Of a stretch of DNA of 64,000 nt, positions 10,259 to 20,526 are shown piece after piece. The stretch lies in contig JAHBVR010000012.1 of the NCBI GenBank assembly GCA_019637395.1, positions 65,842 to 129,841 of the forward strand. The letters are read 5' to 3'. A program made the position numbers and the translations under genes. A model generated the notes under the pieces. It was not told the origin of the DNA. It made no database searches and saw only the letters and a list, made by a program, of their open reading frames with translations. This DNA is from Vulcanimicrobiota bacterium (GTDB lineage Bacteria; Vulcanimicrobiota; Xenobia; Xenobiales; JADMJV01). Each line of letters opens with the position of its first letter. Position 1 is the first letter of the stretch.

Positions 10259-11104
10259 TCAGCCAACTTTGGACACCACCGGCTTCCGGCAGGTGGCCGC
10301 TTTGAGCACTTCGGCGTGGACCACTTCAAACGGGGGAATTTCCGCATCCCACTCCACCATGGTGGTGCGTGCGCCCAGACGCTGATAGCACTGGGTGTAG
10401 AGCGCCCAGACCTCATCGATGACGTGGTCGTCGTGGGTATCGACGATGTAGGTTCCGTTATTGGTGTGGCCGGAGAGGTGGTGGTAAACCACGTGTTCCC
10501 CAGAGATCTTCTGAATGTATTCCTGGGCGGAAAATCCGTGATTGTAGGAGCTGACATAGACATTATTGACGTCGAGCAACAGGCCGCAGTCGGTTTCTTG
10601 GGTAAGAGCGTTGAGGTAATCCCATTCGGTCAACTGATCCTGGGCCCACTCCAGATAGGTTGAGGGATTCTCCAGAACCAGCGGGACCTCCAGATAGTCC
10701 TGGATTACTTTGAGGCGCCGGCTGACGTGCTCCAGGCTTTCCTGAGTCAGCGGCATCGGCAGCAAGTCGTGGGTATTGCGCCCCAGAATGCCGGTCCAGC
10801 AAAGGTGATCGGAAACCCAGCGGGCTTTGACCAGACCGATCAGATTCTTGAGCAGCTTGAGGTATTCGAAGTCGATCGGGTCGGTGCTGCCCACCGAAAG
10901 AGAAACGCCGTGCAGCAACACCGGATAGCGCTCGGCGATCTGCTCGAGCATGTAAATGGGACGGCCACCCGAACCCATGTAGTTCTCGACGATGATTTCA
11001 AAGAAATCGACCTGGGGCCAGTGCTCTAAAATATGACTGTAGTGCACGGTGCGCAGGCCCATGCCAAATCCCAGGTCCGGAAATCCCCACTTGTTGACGA
11101 TCAT
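10259..11104 (-). CDS. DUF692 / UPF0276 family protein (MbnB-like TIM-barrel di-iron enzyme family)
   Basis: N-terminal signature GFGMGLRTVHYSHILEHWPQVDFFEIIVENYM. Length 281 aa. Confidence 0.8.
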   Translation of the reverse strand: MIVNKWGFPDLGFGMGLRTVHYSHILEHWPQVDFFEIIVENYMGSGGRPIYMLEQIAERYPVLLHGVSLSVGSTDPIDFEYLKLLKNLIGLVKARWVSDHLCWTGILGRNTHDLLPMPLTQESLEHVSRRLKVIQDYLEVPLVLENPSTYLEWAQDQLTEWDYLNALTQETDCGLLLDVNNVYVSSYNHGFSAQEYIQKISGEHVVYHHLSGHTNNGTYIVDTHDDHVIDEVWALYTQCYQRLGARTTMVEWDAEIPPFEVVHAEVLKAATCRKPVVSKVG

Positions 11105-11164
11105 CGTGGTTGACTTTTCTTTTACGGGAGGGGTGTCACCTGCGCAAAGCTAATTTCAGCAGCG

Positions 11165-11629
11165 ATGTCGATGATCTGCCAGGCCTGCGGAGTGGAAGCT
11201 CCCACGCGTAAGGTCCAATTTCACAAACACACCGGCATGTTGATCGTGATGCAGCACGGTCACTTCGGGGGAAACTTCTGTAAGCGCTGCATCAACAAAT
11301 ACTTCGCCCAGTTCACCGGCTGGACGGCGCTGGCCGGCTGGTGGGGAATGATCTCGTTTTTCATCACCCCCTGCGTGCTGCTCTGGAACACGGGGCTGTA
11401 TCTGACCACGCTGGGACTGCCTGCTCCGGCGCCGGGTGCCGCTCCACCGCAACTCACCCAGGAAGCCATAGACAAACTGGGCCCATATACCGACCGCCTT
11501 TTCTCTGCTCTGAACGCGGGCCGGCCGCACAAACAGGTGGCCGAAGAGATCGCCGGACTGGCCGGAGTAACTCCCATGCAGGTTCTGCTCTACATCAACG
11601 CCGTCATCGAGGCTTCCCAAGAAGGCTGA
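11165..11629 (+). CDS. Zinc-ribbon membrane protein (hypothetical)
   Basis: N-terminal CxxC...CxxC (CQAC...CKRC) followed by a TM hairpin (WTALAGWWGMISFFITPCVLLW). Good GC3 codon bias. Divergent from the DUF692 operon. Confidence 0.55.
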   Translation: MSMICQACGVEAPTRKVQFHKHTGMLIVMQHGHFGGNFCKRCINKYFAQFTGWTALAGWWGMISFFITPCVLLWNTGLYLTTLGLPAPAPGAAPPQLTQEAIDKLGPYTDRLFSALNAGRPHKQVAEEIAGLAGVTPMQVLLYINAVIEASQEG

Positions 11630-11732
11630 TGTTAACATTGAGGGGAAGAAGGTAAGGTATTTTTAATGCCGTTCACCTTTCCGTAACGAAACCCACCCTC
11701 CCAAAACCCACGTAAGCGTTTAGCATTTCTTT

Positions 11733-13448
11733 ATGAGAGGGTTTCCTGGGTTTATGAACCAGAAGATGGGGGGGGCGCCTACTCCCCCGTCGCTGCCCTC
11801 GCTTTTACCCAAGGCTACTTTGCCGCCCGCTCCCCTGCTGGCTCGCCCTCTGATGGTCGTGCCGGTGGTGCGCCCGGTGACGGTGGCTACCGTCACCCGT
11901 AATCTGCAGGCCGTGCTGGGTCCGCAAACGCCACCGCCCGCTCCCACCACCCAGGGCTTTCCGGGCTTCGTTTCGCGCAACTTCAACCAGGTCAGCCAAC
12001 ATGCTCCCAACGCCAGCAATGCCAACCATCTGAACGGACTGGCCAACCTGTTCCACAAGCCCGCGCCGGAGCGCCGTCAGGCGGAGCGTCCTCCCGCCCC
12101 CACCCGTCCCGCTGTCGTGGCCAAACCGGCCGCCCCGCCCCCCAGGCCTCAAGTGGCCGCCCCCGTCGTAACGAAGAAGCCCGAGGCAGCAGCCAGGGCT
12201 CCGCTACCCACCATCAAGCCCACCGAACTTCCCAAGCCTGCCGTGATGGTCCACCATCAGCCCGCCGCCTCCGCTCCCAAGCCGGCCCAGGCCGCGCCCC
12301 AACCCAAGCCCCCGGCACAGGCGCCCCAACCAGCGCTGCAGCAGGCTCCCAAGTCAACCGCGCTGGAATTGCCCAGGCCGCCCGCGCCCCCCAAAGTCAA
12401 GGAAGAAGGAGACAAGAAGCCCCCGGCGGGATTTTCTCCCCCCGGCAAACCGGCCGCCAACAAAGTGGGGGCCGCCAAAACCGCCAACCCCGCTGCTCCG
12501 GCCACCCAACCCCCATCGGGCGACCTGAAGCCCCCCGCCGAAGCCCCCAAAGTGGAATCCCAAGCTCCCCTGGCCGAGGCCAAACCGGCCCGAGAATTGG
12601 AGCCCACCAAGCTCGCTCAGGAAACCAAAAATCCCGAGCGCGTCGAGGGACCAAGCGCGGTGGCCAAGGCCCCCGCCGCTCAGGCGCCCGCTTCCAGGTT
12701 GGCGCCCCCGGCCAACCTGGAGAAAATCGCCCAGACTCGGCCCGAGACCAGCGAACTCAAGGTCGGCGAAGTCCAACGCCAGCAGGTCAACTCCCAGCAG
12801 GCTCCGATCAGCCGCGAACAAATGGCGCTGGTGCAACAGAACGGCGCGGGCCTATCGGCCGGCGGCGGTTCCGGCCAGGGTGGCGGCGGCGGCCAGGGTC
12901 GCCAGCAGCGCCGCCAGCAAGATGGCGAAGAAGGAGTGGAAGAAATCGGCGCAGCCGAGGCTCTGGGTGGCGACGACCAGGTGCAGTGGTGGCATCTGCG
13001 AGGCGAAGAAACCCTGCGCGCCCTGTCCTCCGAGCTGCGCGAAGCGATGTTCCTGTTGCGCACTCCGCAACGCGCGCTGGGAGTTGACCCCAAGCAGGTG
13101 CGCCAGCAAAAAAGTACCCGCTCCAAGGAGTCTCTCGAGCAACCTCAGGTCCAGGTTCGCGAGCAGGAGCCGCCGCAGCAGGTCCAGAGCGACCAGGTGC
13201 ACTTGGAAGCCGCTGACTTCTGCGCCAGTTGCGGCAGTGAACTGAACGGCCTGGACCCGCGCCGCTGCCCGGCTTGCCTGCGCCAGGCCGCCCTGGCAAC
13301 GCTGGCCGTGCTGGAAAAAGATGGCCGCTTCATCGCTTACCGCGTATTCCTGACCAAGAGCTGCCGACCGGTGGCTTCACGCGCCGTCTACCGCCTGCGC
13401 GATTTCAGCAGCCTGCCCAGCGACGCCTACTGTATCCAGGCCGCATAA
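11733..13448 (+). CDS. Pro/Ala/Lys-rich low-complexity protein with a C-terminal Cys4 zinc ribbon
   Basis: About 400 aa of PAPK/AQAP-type low complexity, then a Gly/Gln-rich segment, a charged coiled region, and CASCGSEL...CPAC at the C-terminus. Start is uncertain (ATG 11733, 11754 or 11766). Confidence 0.5.
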   Translation: MRGFPGFMNQKMGGAPTPPSLPSLLPKATLPPAPLLARPLMVVPVVRPVTVATVTRNLQAVLGPQTPPPAPTTQGFPGFVSRNFNQVSQHAPNASNANHLNGLANLFHKPAPERRQAERPPAPTRPAVVAKPAAPPPRPQVAAPVVTKKPEAAARAPLPTIKPTELPKPAVMVHHQPAASAPKPAQAAPQPKPPAQAPQPALQQAPKSTALELPRPPAPPKVKEEGDKKPPAGFSPPGKPAANKVGAAKTANPAAPATQPPSGDLKPPAEAPKVESQAPLAEAKPARELEPTKLAQETKNPERVEGPSAVAKAPAAQAPASRLAPPANLEKIAQTRPETSELKVGEVQRQQVNSQQAPISREQMALVQQNGAGLSAGGGSGQGGGGGQGRQQRRQQDGEEGVEEIGAAEALGGDDQVQWWHLRGEETLRALSSELREAMFLLRTPQRALGVDPKQVRQQKSTRSKESLEQPQVQVREQEPPQQVQSDQVHLEAADFCASCGSELNGLDPRRCPACLRQAALATLAVLEKDGRFIAYRVFLTKSCRPVASRAVYRLRDFSSLPSDAYCIQAA

Positions 13449-13530
13449 TAGAGGCCTTGGACCGCTTCGGAACCACTGTTAGAGGGAATGGACCTGGATG
13501 GCCAAGGGCGGAGCGGTGGAGGTTGGCTTG

Positions 13531-14234
13531 TGAAGATCGTGCAACTGGCTATCGCCATGCTGATGGGGGTGAGCCTTGGATTGGGCCTGGCGCTGGCGAT
13601 GCTGCAAGCGCAGAACGCCAGGACGGCCCGGAGTCCGCTGAACGCAGCTCAACAGGCCCGCTTGAGTCAGTTGATGCAGCTGAAACAGCGTGGAGGAACC
13701 GCGTTTCTGGGCGATTCACTGACTGAGAACTTCCCCTTGGACCAGTACTTCCAGGACTCGGGACTGGTTAACCTGGGGCTATCGGGGGATACCATCGGCG
13801 GGGCAGGACCCCTGGGCTGTCTGGAACGGCTGGATCAGGGGGTCACGCAGTTGCAGCCGGAGCGAATTGTGTTGCTCATCGGCATCAACGACCTGCTCTT
13901 GAGCCGCTACGAAGACGGCCTGGGGGCGAAGCTGGATCGCTACGAGGCGCTGGAGATCCGCCTGCGCAAAAGGCTGCCGCAGGCTCAACTATGCCTGGTG
14001 TCGCTCCTGCCCACGAGCGGAGAGTTCGCCTACGTCAATCCCGAAATTCTGGTCTTCAATCAGCAAATCCGCCGGCTGGCGGAACGCGACCACGCCCTCT
14101 ACATTGATGCTTACCAGGCCTTTGGCAAGCTGTCACCCGACGACTCCCCGGACGGAATGCACCTCAGCCCACTGGGCTACCGCCGCCTGGCCGAGACGTA
14201 CGCCCGGGCCCTGGGCCTGAAGCTACGCAAGTAG
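13531..14234 (+). CDS. SGNH/GDSL hydrolase family protein (membrane-anchored or secreted)
   Basis: Block I FLGDSLTENF, DGxH-like block DGMHLSPLGY, and an N-terminal hydrophobic anchor. Likely start is GTG 13531 with GGAGG 7 nt upstream (the track ORF begins at 13488). Confidence 0.7.
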
Positions 14235-14299
14235 GCTCGCGCCAAACAGCCTCCCAAGCCAGGTTCGCCTCCAAGCAGGCGGGGTCCGTCCGGGGGTAG

Positions 14300-15634
14300 C
14301 TACCTGCTCAGATAGGAGCGGGCCCAGTCCAGGGCGGCCCGGTCGGCCGGGTTTTCCAAGCCGGGAGTGCTGGTGGCCGATTGCAGGCCGCTGACGATGA
14401 GTTTTCGGAATTCTTGGAAAGCCGGCCCGGGCGCTTGGAGGACGGGCATGTGGTCGAAAGCCGGGCCTTCACCGCGGTTCAGCGCCAGAAAATGGCGGCA
14501 GCCCTCGCTGGCGGGAGGGATTTCCTGGCCGTAAACCTCGCTCAGAACCCAGGCTCGTTTGGCGCCGGTTTCGCCGCCAGCGTGCAAATAAAGATCGGGA
14601 TTCTTTTTGATCTGATCCCAGTTCTTCAGGACGTCAGCGTGGGTCTCGGCGAAGTCTTCGCGCGGGTCCCCCAAACTTCCGTAGGGAGTGACCGAGTCAC
14701 CTTTGCCGAAAGGGGAGTCGGCCCGCTGTGAATAGCCTCCCAGGTTGTCGACCAGATGGCCCATTTCGTGGAAAAGCACCCAACGGGTGGTTTCGCTGGT
14801 ATCGGTCACAGAGCGGCGCAGCACGGCGGTGGGATAGCCGGCGAAAACCTGACCGTTGGTAACAGTCTCCGGTCCCTCGGGCAAAGGGGCGGATTCCAAC
14901 ACCACCAGACTGCAAGCTTCCAGCGCCTTCGGGCAGCGCTCCTTGACATAAGAAAGCGCCTGGCTGAGGTGCTCGCGTTCGCGCTCGTTGCGACATCCGG
15001 AGATCTGGATTCCTTCGTGAGCAAAGCTTTCTGAAGAGGTAGCGGAGGCCAGCACGGTGGCCACCACGTTGCCGGAGAGCTGCTGGAGCTTCTCGGTATC
15101 AAAGTCCTGAAGAATGCTCATCAGAGCCGGGCTGAGCGGCCCGGCTCCGCTGCTGGCACTGAGAAAACTCAAGTATTCACCCTGCCGGGCCAGGCCCTTG
15201 GCGCCTTCGGAGACGGACAGACTCTTCAAATCGAAGACGCCGTTGACCCGACTCAACTCGACCTGGGAAGGTGCGTTTGGGTTAGCGCCCAGACTGCGTT
15301 CAAACAGACTCAAGGCGGTCGACTCCACCACCAACGGTTCCAGTTCCACAAACATTGAACCCCAGGCGGACTGAGTCATCTGCTCTCCCGCCCTGGCCAC
15401 TATCTGGCGGGCCTTTTCGCGAAAAGGATCGGCCGGGTTCTTCAACTTTTCGAGGGGAGCCGGTTCGGGCTCGGCCATCGGCCCATAGGCAGTATTCACC
15501 GGCACGCTGGCAGCCAGACGTTGGGCCGTCAGCATGACATGGTCAGCCGGCATCTCCTCCGCTACCGGCGCTACGGAGCGAGGGATGGGACGCATCGTCG
15601 GGCCGTTCAGCGGACCACGAATGGGATCGATCAC
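14300..15634 (-). CDS. Putative zinc metalloprotease (HExxH motif) / hypothetical
   Basis: HEMGHLVD motif plus a downstream acidic EDFAE. No other family assignment possible by eye. Confidence 0.45.
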   Translation of the reverse strand: MIDPIRGPLNGPTMRPIPRSVAPVAEEMPADHVMLTAQRLAASVPVNTAYGPMAEPEPAPLEKLKNPADPFREKARQIVARAGEQMTQSAWGSMFVELEPLVVESTALSLFERSLGANPNAPSQVELSRVNGVFDLKSLSVSEGAKGLARQGEYLSFLSASSGAGPLSPALMSILQDFDTEKLQQLSGNVVATVLASATSSESFAHEGIQISGCRNEREREHLSQALSYVKERCPKALEACSLVVLESAPLPEGPETVTNGQVFAGYPTAVLRRSVTDTSETTRWVLFHEMGHLVDNLGGYSQRADSPFGKGDSVTPYGSLGDPREDFAETHADVLKNWDQIKKNPDLYLHAGGETGAKRAWVLSEVYGQEIPPASEGCRHFLALNRGEGPAFDHMPVLQAPGPAFQEFRKLIVSGLQSATSTPGLENPADRAALDWARSYLSR

Positions 15635-15676
15635 CCCCTGAGTTTCGCGCTCCTTCGATGCAGGCCTCTTCCCTCG

Positions 15677-16705
<1,029 letters not shown>

Positions 16706-16872
16706 TTACGAGATGCGCTTAGCATAGTCTCGTCCGGATCCATGGTGGTAGACCATTTCCGCAGGCACCTTGCCTATTCGTGCAACGAGGTGTCACGTGG
16801 GGGCAATCGCGCAAGCACGATCAGCCGCTCTAAAACGCGGGAAAGTCGGGGGTCACGCGGAATGCCTGGTGG

Positions 16873-17310
16873 ATGAAAGCCGCGCGAATCTTTTTGAGCC
16901 TGGCCTGGTTCGGTATCGCCCCATTGTGGGCGACCGAGGGGAATGACTGCTTTACCCGGTGGGCCTTTCACTACGGCGTGATACTCTCCATGGCGCTGGC
17001 CTTTTTTTCGGGCTGGCTCTACCATTGGGTGGGTTACCACTTGGTGTCGTTCCAGCACCGGAAGAACGCGGCCTATCTGAGCGCGCTGATCTTTGTGCCG
17101 CTGCTCGCTTTGCTCGGGTCGGGCGGGCTCAGCGAAATCTGGGCCAGTCAGGCAGATCCCGATTACTATCGGCGCAACGGCGTCGGTCCGGTGAATATCG
17201 TAGCTCTGTTGGCTCAATCCGCGGGAATCTTCATGAGCTGGTTTCATTATTGGAGAAGTCGAAAGCGCACGGAAGGCGCGTTGTCCTGGGTGGATTCCGA
17301 GAGCCTTTGA
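16873..17310 (+). CDS. Hypothetical membrane protein
   Basis: Four predicted TM segments and good codon bias. Confidence 0.4.
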   Translation: MKAARIFLSLAWFGIAPLWATEGNDCFTRWAFHYGVILSMALAFFSGWLYHWVGYHLVSFQHRKNAAYLSALIFVPLLALLGSGGLSEIWASQADPDYYRRNGVGPVNIVALLAQSAGIFMSWFHYWRSRKRTEGALSWVDSESL

Positions 17311-17442
17311 GCAAAGCGGGTTCTAGCCGCTCCAGGCCGTGGGGCTCGTAAGGTGGACTTGACGGCAAATAAATTTCGTCGTAAATTACATTTACACAGT
17401 TAACAGACAGAACCCCATCGTCGAGACGAAAGGTCACATCAG

Positions 17443-18012
17443 ATGCTCCTCCTACCTCTCGGACTTTCCGTTTACGCTCTGGGTCTGGGCGCGGCCTCGC
17501 GTTACTTTTTCGGCAAATACCTGGTTTACGGTCACCATCCGGGAATACTCTACCTGGCGGGGTTGGTACTCAGCCTCTGTCTTTGTCCCTGGGGTGCGCA
17601 GACTGTCTATGCTCGATTCTGGTCGGTGCTGGCCAGCTTCTTCACCGCCTTGACCGCCACGCTCACAGCCTTTCTTTACCTGGTGATGAAGCGCAACTAC
17701 GAGCGCTACTGGTTTCTCGTCATCGTCCTGGCCGTCTGCGTCGGAGTTCCCCTGCTGGCCCTGGCGGTGACCTCCCCAGTGTTGCTTTTCGTTTATCATA
17801 TGGCCCTGGCTCTCGGTCGCCGCTACTTCCCGCTGCTGGCCCTGGAAGGACTCGTGTTTTTGGGCCTGTGCCTTTTCCGCATCTACGGGGCCTACCATCC
17901 AGAATACGAACTCATGGCCTTCCGAGCCTTTGGCTACTGGTGTATTAGCTATAGTCTCACCCTGCTCGGTCTGGCCCTCAGCTACTACCTCCACCCCCAC
18001 AAGCCGACTTAG
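17443..18012 (+). CDS. Hypothetical polytopic membrane protein
   Basis: Six hydrophobic segments. A candidate promoter TTGACG-17-TAAATT lies at ~17362-17396. Ends with a TAG stop at 18010-18012. Confidence 0.45.
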   Translation: MLLLPLGLSVYALGLGAASRYFFGKYLVYGHHPGILYLAGLVLSLCLCPWGAQTVYARFWSVLASFFTALTATLTAFLYLVMKRNYERYWFLVIVLAVCVGVPLLALAVTSPVLLFVYHMALALGRRYFPLLALEGLVFLGLCLFRIYGAYHPEYELMAFRAFGYWCISYSLTLLGLALSYYLHPHKPT

Positions 18013-18180
18013 GGCTCGGCGCTTGATAAGGTGGGCGTTTCGGCGCCAGATGGCGTGAGGAGGAACGACAAGGCGTATCGGGTTATCGGTGCGGAGTTGC
18101 GACGCAGCGGGTGGGGATGGATCTGGCGCCCAAACGTCTGAGTTATTAAGCGACGGGTCCTTAACTGAAGGAGGACCTAG
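18013..18180 (+). repeat. Conserved intergenic element, copy A (candidate 3'-UTR sRNA or miniature repeat); inverted partner at 48122..48296
   Basis: The ~97-nt core at 18064..18160 is ~98% identical to the reverse complement of 48136..48236. The flanks are partly conserved. The element starts directly at the TAG stop of the upstream gene. Confidence 0.6.
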
Positions 18181-18186
18181 GAATCG

Positions 18187-18544
18187 CTTGATTTGGCCGA
18201 TAGCCAGCTCACTGATTGGGCTTCTAATCTTGGGAGCCTGTGGGAAAGAACCGCCTAAACGTTTCGGCAATAAAGTGACTGCCTATGGCGCTCCGGAATG
18301 CACCAGCAATCTGAAGAATATCGGCACCGCTTTAGAAATGTATAAAATGGATCACAGCCTGGCTCAGCTGGTTCCTCAATATTTCAAGGCCCTGCCCACC
18401 TGCCCCGCCGTGCAAAGTGACACGTATCCGGCAAGTTACCAACTGAAAGGCAGCCGCTACGAGTTTTGCTGCCGGGGTAACAACCACGACTTCGGAGGTG
18501 ATCGGCCGTCCTATTCCAGCGACGGAGGGTGCATCACCCGCTAG
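18187..18544 (+). CDS. Small Cys-rich lipoprotein (hypothetical)
   Basis: TTG start preceded by AGGA. Lipobox LILGAC. Six Cys in ~120 aa. Confidence 0.45.
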
Positions 18545-18622
18545 CGAGGACGCTCGCACGGTAACCCTGGCCCTCCAATCCTTGGCTGGCTTAAGTCATA
18601 CCTCAGAAAAGCCTCAGCCAAT

Positions 18623-19678
18623 TTGGTAGGGCCCGACGAGGTCGAGCGAGAAGCGCTGCCCTGGCCCATGAGACATCAACCAACCGAAGAAACCGCCAAG
18701 GCGGATGAAGCCTTTAAAAAGCGCCATTGGAAGGACGCGGAAGACTCTTTCCAACGCATCCTGACCCGAGTTCCCGAGCACATCGAGGCCTATCTGGGCC
18801 TGTTCGAAACCCAGGCGGTGTTGGGCCACTTCACCTCCAGTGTGCAGACGCTCTGGCAAGCGGTCGAGATCTGCGAGCAGACCAATCAGCTCGAACAAGG
18901 CCTGGAGATCATCGCCCGCATCCTGGAACTCAAACCGCATCACGAGCAGGCTCTACAAAAGCGCATCGATCTGCTCTTCGGTAACCAGCGCAACAGCGAG
19001 GCCGTGGCCTTCTCGCGTGATTTGGCCCAGTGGTATCTGGAAAACGACAACGTCGACGCGGCCATTCGCCTGCTTTTGCGGGCCTTCCAAATCAACCACG
19101 ACGATCTGGAGCTGACCCTGGTGCTGGCCGAGGCCTACCTCACCAACGGCCAGATGCGCGAAGCCACCGGGCTCTTTCGTCAGGTTATCCCCCACTTTCT
19201 GGAAGCCCAGGACTGGGAAAAAGCGGCCGGGATCATGCGCAGGCTCAGCCTCATGGACCCGAAAGATCCGCGCAACTTCATGGAGATGGGCGACCTCTAT
19301 ATCAAACTCGAACGTTATCAGGAAGCGGACCAGCAGTTCCGAGCGGTGTTGCGCATCGACCTGAACCATCGCGAAGCCCTGTTGAAAATCGCTGAAGTCT
19401 CGCTGCTGCGCAAACTTTTCCGAGATGCCTCGATGGTCTATAACCGACTTATCACCCTCAGTTCGGATGATGCGGAAGCCCACGAAGGCCTGGGCATGGT
19501 TTACAAAGGTCAGGGCATGCAGGCGGACGCGGCCAAACACTTGTTGATGGCCGGTCTGGCTTTCGCCGACAAAGACGTCAAGGCCCGCGCCCACAGCTGT
19601 TTCGCGGCCGTGCTGGAGATCGATCCGGCCAACAACATCGCTTCGCGTCAAATGAAAATTCTGGCTCCGGGAGTCTAA
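18623..19678 (+). CDS. TPR repeat protein
   Basis: Multiple 34-aa TPR-like repeats (AYLGL...W..A...Y...G....A...F). Start is uncertain (possibly ATG 18668). Confidence 0.65.
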   Translation: MVGPDEVEREALPWPMRHQPTEETAKADEAFKKRHWKDAEDSFQRILTRVPEHIEAYLGLFETQAVLGHFTSSVQTLWQAVEICEQTNQLEQGLEIIARILELKPHHEQALQKRIDLLFGNQRNSEAVAFSRDLAQWYLENDNVDAAIRLLLRAFQINHDDLELTLVLAEAYLTNGQMREATGLFRQVIPHFLEAQDWEKAAGIMRRLSLMDPKDPRNFMEMGDLYIKLERYQEADQQFRAVLRIDLNHREALLKIAEVSLLRKLFRDASMVYNRLITLSSDDAEAHEGLGMVYKGQGMQADAAKHLLMAGLAFADKDVKARAHSCFAAVLEIDPANNIASRQMKILAPGV

Positions 19679-19683
19679 GCACC

Positions 19684-20526
19684 ATGAAACTGCCCAAAGG
19701 CACAATCTTCATGCCGGAAGGCCTGCTGCTCAGCGCACCCGACCTCCAGTCGATGCTGGACAACCTGATGCAGGACCATTTCTCGGGATACTTCCGAGTG
19801 GAATTCCCGGGAGCCAACAAGGGCTTTGTCTTTCTCTCCCGCGGCCAGATGTTGCGCGCCTTCGAATGGACTCCCGACCTGATCAAGCTCTATACCCCGG
19901 AGCGACTCTTCGCCAAAGCGGGTGACGGCGCGGCTACTTCCTCTTACGTGCTGACGGCGGAAATGGCCGAGGCGCTGGCCGCCTCCTTCGCGCTGGAATC
20001 GGTGCCTGCAGGCAATTGGAGGGAAACCATTCAACAAGGGCGCCAGACCGGTTTCGTGGAGTTCGCTCAGCCCTTTGCCGGCACCATCCTCTACCATAAA
20101 GGCGAGCCCATTCAAGAGAGTCTGACCACTCACTACGGCGAAGTGGTCTGCGGTCGCGACGGCCTCAGCAAACTTCTCAATGAAGGCAGACCGTCGCTGG
20201 TGATGGCCGGAGACCCCGCCAAGATCGAAGAAAAGTGTAGCAAAGCCCACAAAGATCTGGATGCCATGCGAGAGGTGAAACTCAAGTCCGTGTCCGGCTT
20301 CTTCGCCACCAAAGACGCCCTCAAGGTCGAGGCGGACCTTGCCGCCGGCTGGGGGGTCAGTTCCAAAGGCTTCAACCTGGTGGTTGAATCTCTCGACGGA
20401 GAATGGCTGGGCACCCTCAAGGCGGTGACCGGCTGCAAGAAACCCGGGGTCATGGAAATCCCCCTCAAGGTCATGCAAGAGTGGGGAGCCAACGAAGACC
20501 AGGACGTGCTCGTCTACCCCGAATAG
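19684..20526 (+). CDS. Hypothetical protein
   Basis: 280-aa ORF with good codon bias, SD GGGAG upstream, 5 nt after the TPR gene. Confidence 0.45.
   Translation: MKLPKGTIFMPEGLLLSAPDLQSMLDNLMQDHFSGYFRVEFPGANKGFVFLSRGQMLRAFEWTPDLIKLYTPERLFAKAGDGAATSSYVLTAEMAEALAASFALESVPAGNWRETIQQGRQTGFVEFAQPFAGTILYHKGEPIQESLTTHYGEVVCGRDGLSKLLNEGRPSLVMAGDPAKIEEKCSKAHKDLDAMREVKLKSVSGFFATKDALKVEADLAAGWGVSSKGFNLVVESLDGEWLGTLKAVTGCKKPGVMEIPLKVMQEWGANEDQDVLVYPE

Noticed and set aside
12257-13333. A cluster of minus-strand and plus-strand ORFs (12257..12610, 12354..12836, 12680..13126, 12808..13299 and others).
   Set aside because: All lie inside the Pro/Ala-rich gene. The GC-rich low-complexity DNA is open in many frames. 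Only the frame ending in the zinc ribbon has coherent composition and codon bias.
19675-20478. 267-aa minus-strand ORF antisense to the 19684..20526 gene.
   Set aside because: Gly/Val/Ala-rich composition with poor codon bias. The plus-strand frame has an SD and a sensible sequence.
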